Positions 61,648 to 64,000 of a DNA stretch of 64,000 bases are shown here, piece after piece. Origin of the DNA: Thalia democratica (taxonomy: Eukaryota); contig OZ241830.1 in NCBI GenBank assembly GCA_965202585.1, positions 59,892,001 to 59,956,000 on the forward strand, in the 5' to 3' direction. Position 1 is the stretch's first letter. Each line of letters opens with the position of its first letter. The position numbers and the translations under genes were made by a program. Below the pieces are notes generated by a model, which was not told where the DNA came from, did not search any database, and was given only the letters and a program-made list of their open reading frames with translations.

Positions 61648-63071
61648 AACTAACACCTAACTAAATTCATCATTATATAAAAAACCAAAGGTAAATTTTT
61701 TTAAGTATGTAAAGTTAAAATGAAACATAGCTTCCATTGTAAAACTAAAAATGAAACTTATTATCACTGTTGACTTAATAAATACAGTGCGTAAATAAAA
61801 ATTCAATATTAGTAAGTTTGATTTATTTACGTTAGTTAGTGATATTTATATTGCTAGTTAATAATACTAGTTAGAAAAACAATATGTTCTTTTTGTGCTT
61901 AAAAATCAAAACGGTTTCTTTATACCTCCAGGCTAAGTTTTTTCAAATGGTACACTAAGCGGAGAAAAGTATCAAAACTTATTTCATTTTAAGAAAATGT
62001 TTTATAAATTTAGCAAATATTTATAGTTAAGTTATTTTAGGACTTTATTATATAAAACTTATAAAAAACTTTTATTTTGTACATATGTAAATACACAAAG
62101 TAAAACAGTTGTAGTATTTTTTTTTCAAACAAGAAGGATAAATTAATATACTTCTATTTTATATTAAAATATATTCACTAAGCAATACACACAGCGGAAA
62201 AATAGTTTAAAGTTCTTTAAATAAGAATCAATTGGTATTAAGTTTAAATATATAACTTATTTATCAATTTAATATCTTAAATTGCTAAATAACTAGTTTA
62301 TTTAATTCATATCTACTATAATACACAAAATATATTTATAGTTTAAGGTTTTTTTTTTAATAACAACTACAATAACAAATAATAATAAATATTTGCAAAA
62401 ATTATATTTGCTGAAATTATACGTGTATGTATGAGATCAAAAACGTTTTTCTAAACATTATTTTATTAAGGTTGTATTACTTAGTACAATGAAAAGTATT
62501 GATTGAATTTAACAAACAATATCTATTCAATTTTAACACTAACACATAAATAAAAATCAATAAACTAAATAAGTAAGCTACCTACTGAGAATTTTAATAC
62601 AGATTTTTGAAATGTATGGAAAGTATATAAAAATATGAATACAGTATTTTTTCCTATTTTGTTATATACTTTTGTTAACAAACAGTACTTTTTAAATTAT
62701 TAAAATCACGTTTTGATAATTCCGATACTAACAAAACGAATATTAAAAACTCAAAGCACTATTCAAATATCTACAACTGATATATTATGCCTCTTGCCCG
62801 TATTGTTTTTTAAATGTGCAACCGTATACAAACAAACCATGTAATATAAGTTCACAGTTATAAATATAAGTAAATATTTGTGTAAAAACAGAGTACTTTA
62901 AGCTCAATTATGCACATTAGAATGCTCTAATCTATGTTTAAGTAGAGGGTTGATATTTTCAACTGTACATAATTATACAGAGCATCTGGTTTTTTGTTCT
63001 TTCAAGTTTAAATAAATAAACAAAACATGCAAAAAAAAAACTCATAGGCACATTGTATTGTTAATTGTAAA

Positions 63072-63108
63072 ACTAAGTGGTTCTAAAAAAGATTTAGAAC
63101 CACTTAGT
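63072..63108. repeat. Perfect 16-bp inverted repeat with a 5-nt loop
   Basis: ACTAAGTGGTTCTAAA-aaaga-TTTAGAACCACTTAGT. Confidence 0.8.
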
Positions 63109-64000
63109 AAAGAATGTTAATAAAAATAAATCATGACTGTTTTACACTTTATTTGAAAGTATGTTCAGTTTTTAAAGGCTTAAAATAATGTTATAATCGG
63201 CTTTTTTTATAAGTAAAAATGAAACACAAGCTTTATAGAATTTTATTTCTTTTTACCTTTCAAAGGTTTAACAAAAAAAAATAAAATTAGTTAAAAAGGA
63301 ATCGTACAAACGACTTATATGTTGCTGTCGATTAACTTTATGTTTTTCTCTGCCAATAACTCAAGGTAAAAAGCCTATTATCTTACCTAGAACTTCTGTA
63401 TATAACTATTCATGCTCAAGTTTCTGTTTAAAAGTAAATTATCAATTATTTCAAAGTTTTTGTTTTTATAGATATATTATAAGTTTACTACATCACGTGA
63501 TTTATAATATTTTTTTATTTACCATAAAACTAAGGTAAAAATTTATTAAATGAATTAATTTGAAACTTCAAATCAAAACTAGTTTTTTAAATACAAATTA
63601 ATTTTAACCTAAAACGCCTCAAAGTTTGAGAAACGATTATGAGGTATACCTTTGTTTTTGTTTATATCTGTTCATGTTTTTTTAGTAATACTTCATTATC
63701 AGTTTTAAAAGTTTAAATATTTTTTAAACTAAAAATATTTAACTTTTAAACTTTAAAAAGTATTTACTTTTTATGTACATGGTGAAGTTCATATTGTCCG
63801 ATAAACAAGTAATTAAAATATTGATCTAATTTTAATTCAATAATTTGTCGGTCTACAAATACCATATTTTCTATAATAGCTAACTTTGATTTGTTAAATA
63901 TAGAAGAATAATTTCAAGAATCTTCCATAATATTGTGGAAAAGCTAATTAAATTTTGTGCAGTTATGCAGTATTCGTTTCGGTTAGTTTTTCTTTTAAAC

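Overview
Very AT-rich, intron-dense animal (invertebrate-like) genomic DNA; no prokaryotic features, RNA genes or CRISPR arrays were seen. (1) 1-33132, + strand: the 5'-truncated remainder of a giant fibrocystin-L/PKHD1L1-type gene. I traced 78 exons by hand (about 12.2 kb coding, about 4,070 aa visible): IPT/TIG repeats, two G8 + beta-helix blocks, then an atypical C-terminus. That C-terminus has a tandemly duplicated 6-exon module, a Thr-rich mucin stalk running into a 100-N assembly gap, a TM helix and a 48-aa tail. (2) 42203-50883, + strand: two tandem, two-exon MARVEL-domain (plasmolipin/MAL/CMTM-like) paralogs, each with a conserved splice acceptor exactly 25 nt before the ATG. (3) 61647-54071, - strand: a 7-exon, 396-aa type-II-membrane kinase-fold protein of the PKDCC/POMK/DIPK type whose catalytic motifs look degenerate; the ORF track only shows fragments of it. 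Its first intron holds a 2-kb Foldback-like inverted-repeat element. Several MITEs (hAT, Tc1/pogo-like, MULE-like) and dispersed repeats occur in introns and intergenic DNA. All coordinates, counts and family assignments are by eye and from recall, not from database searches.
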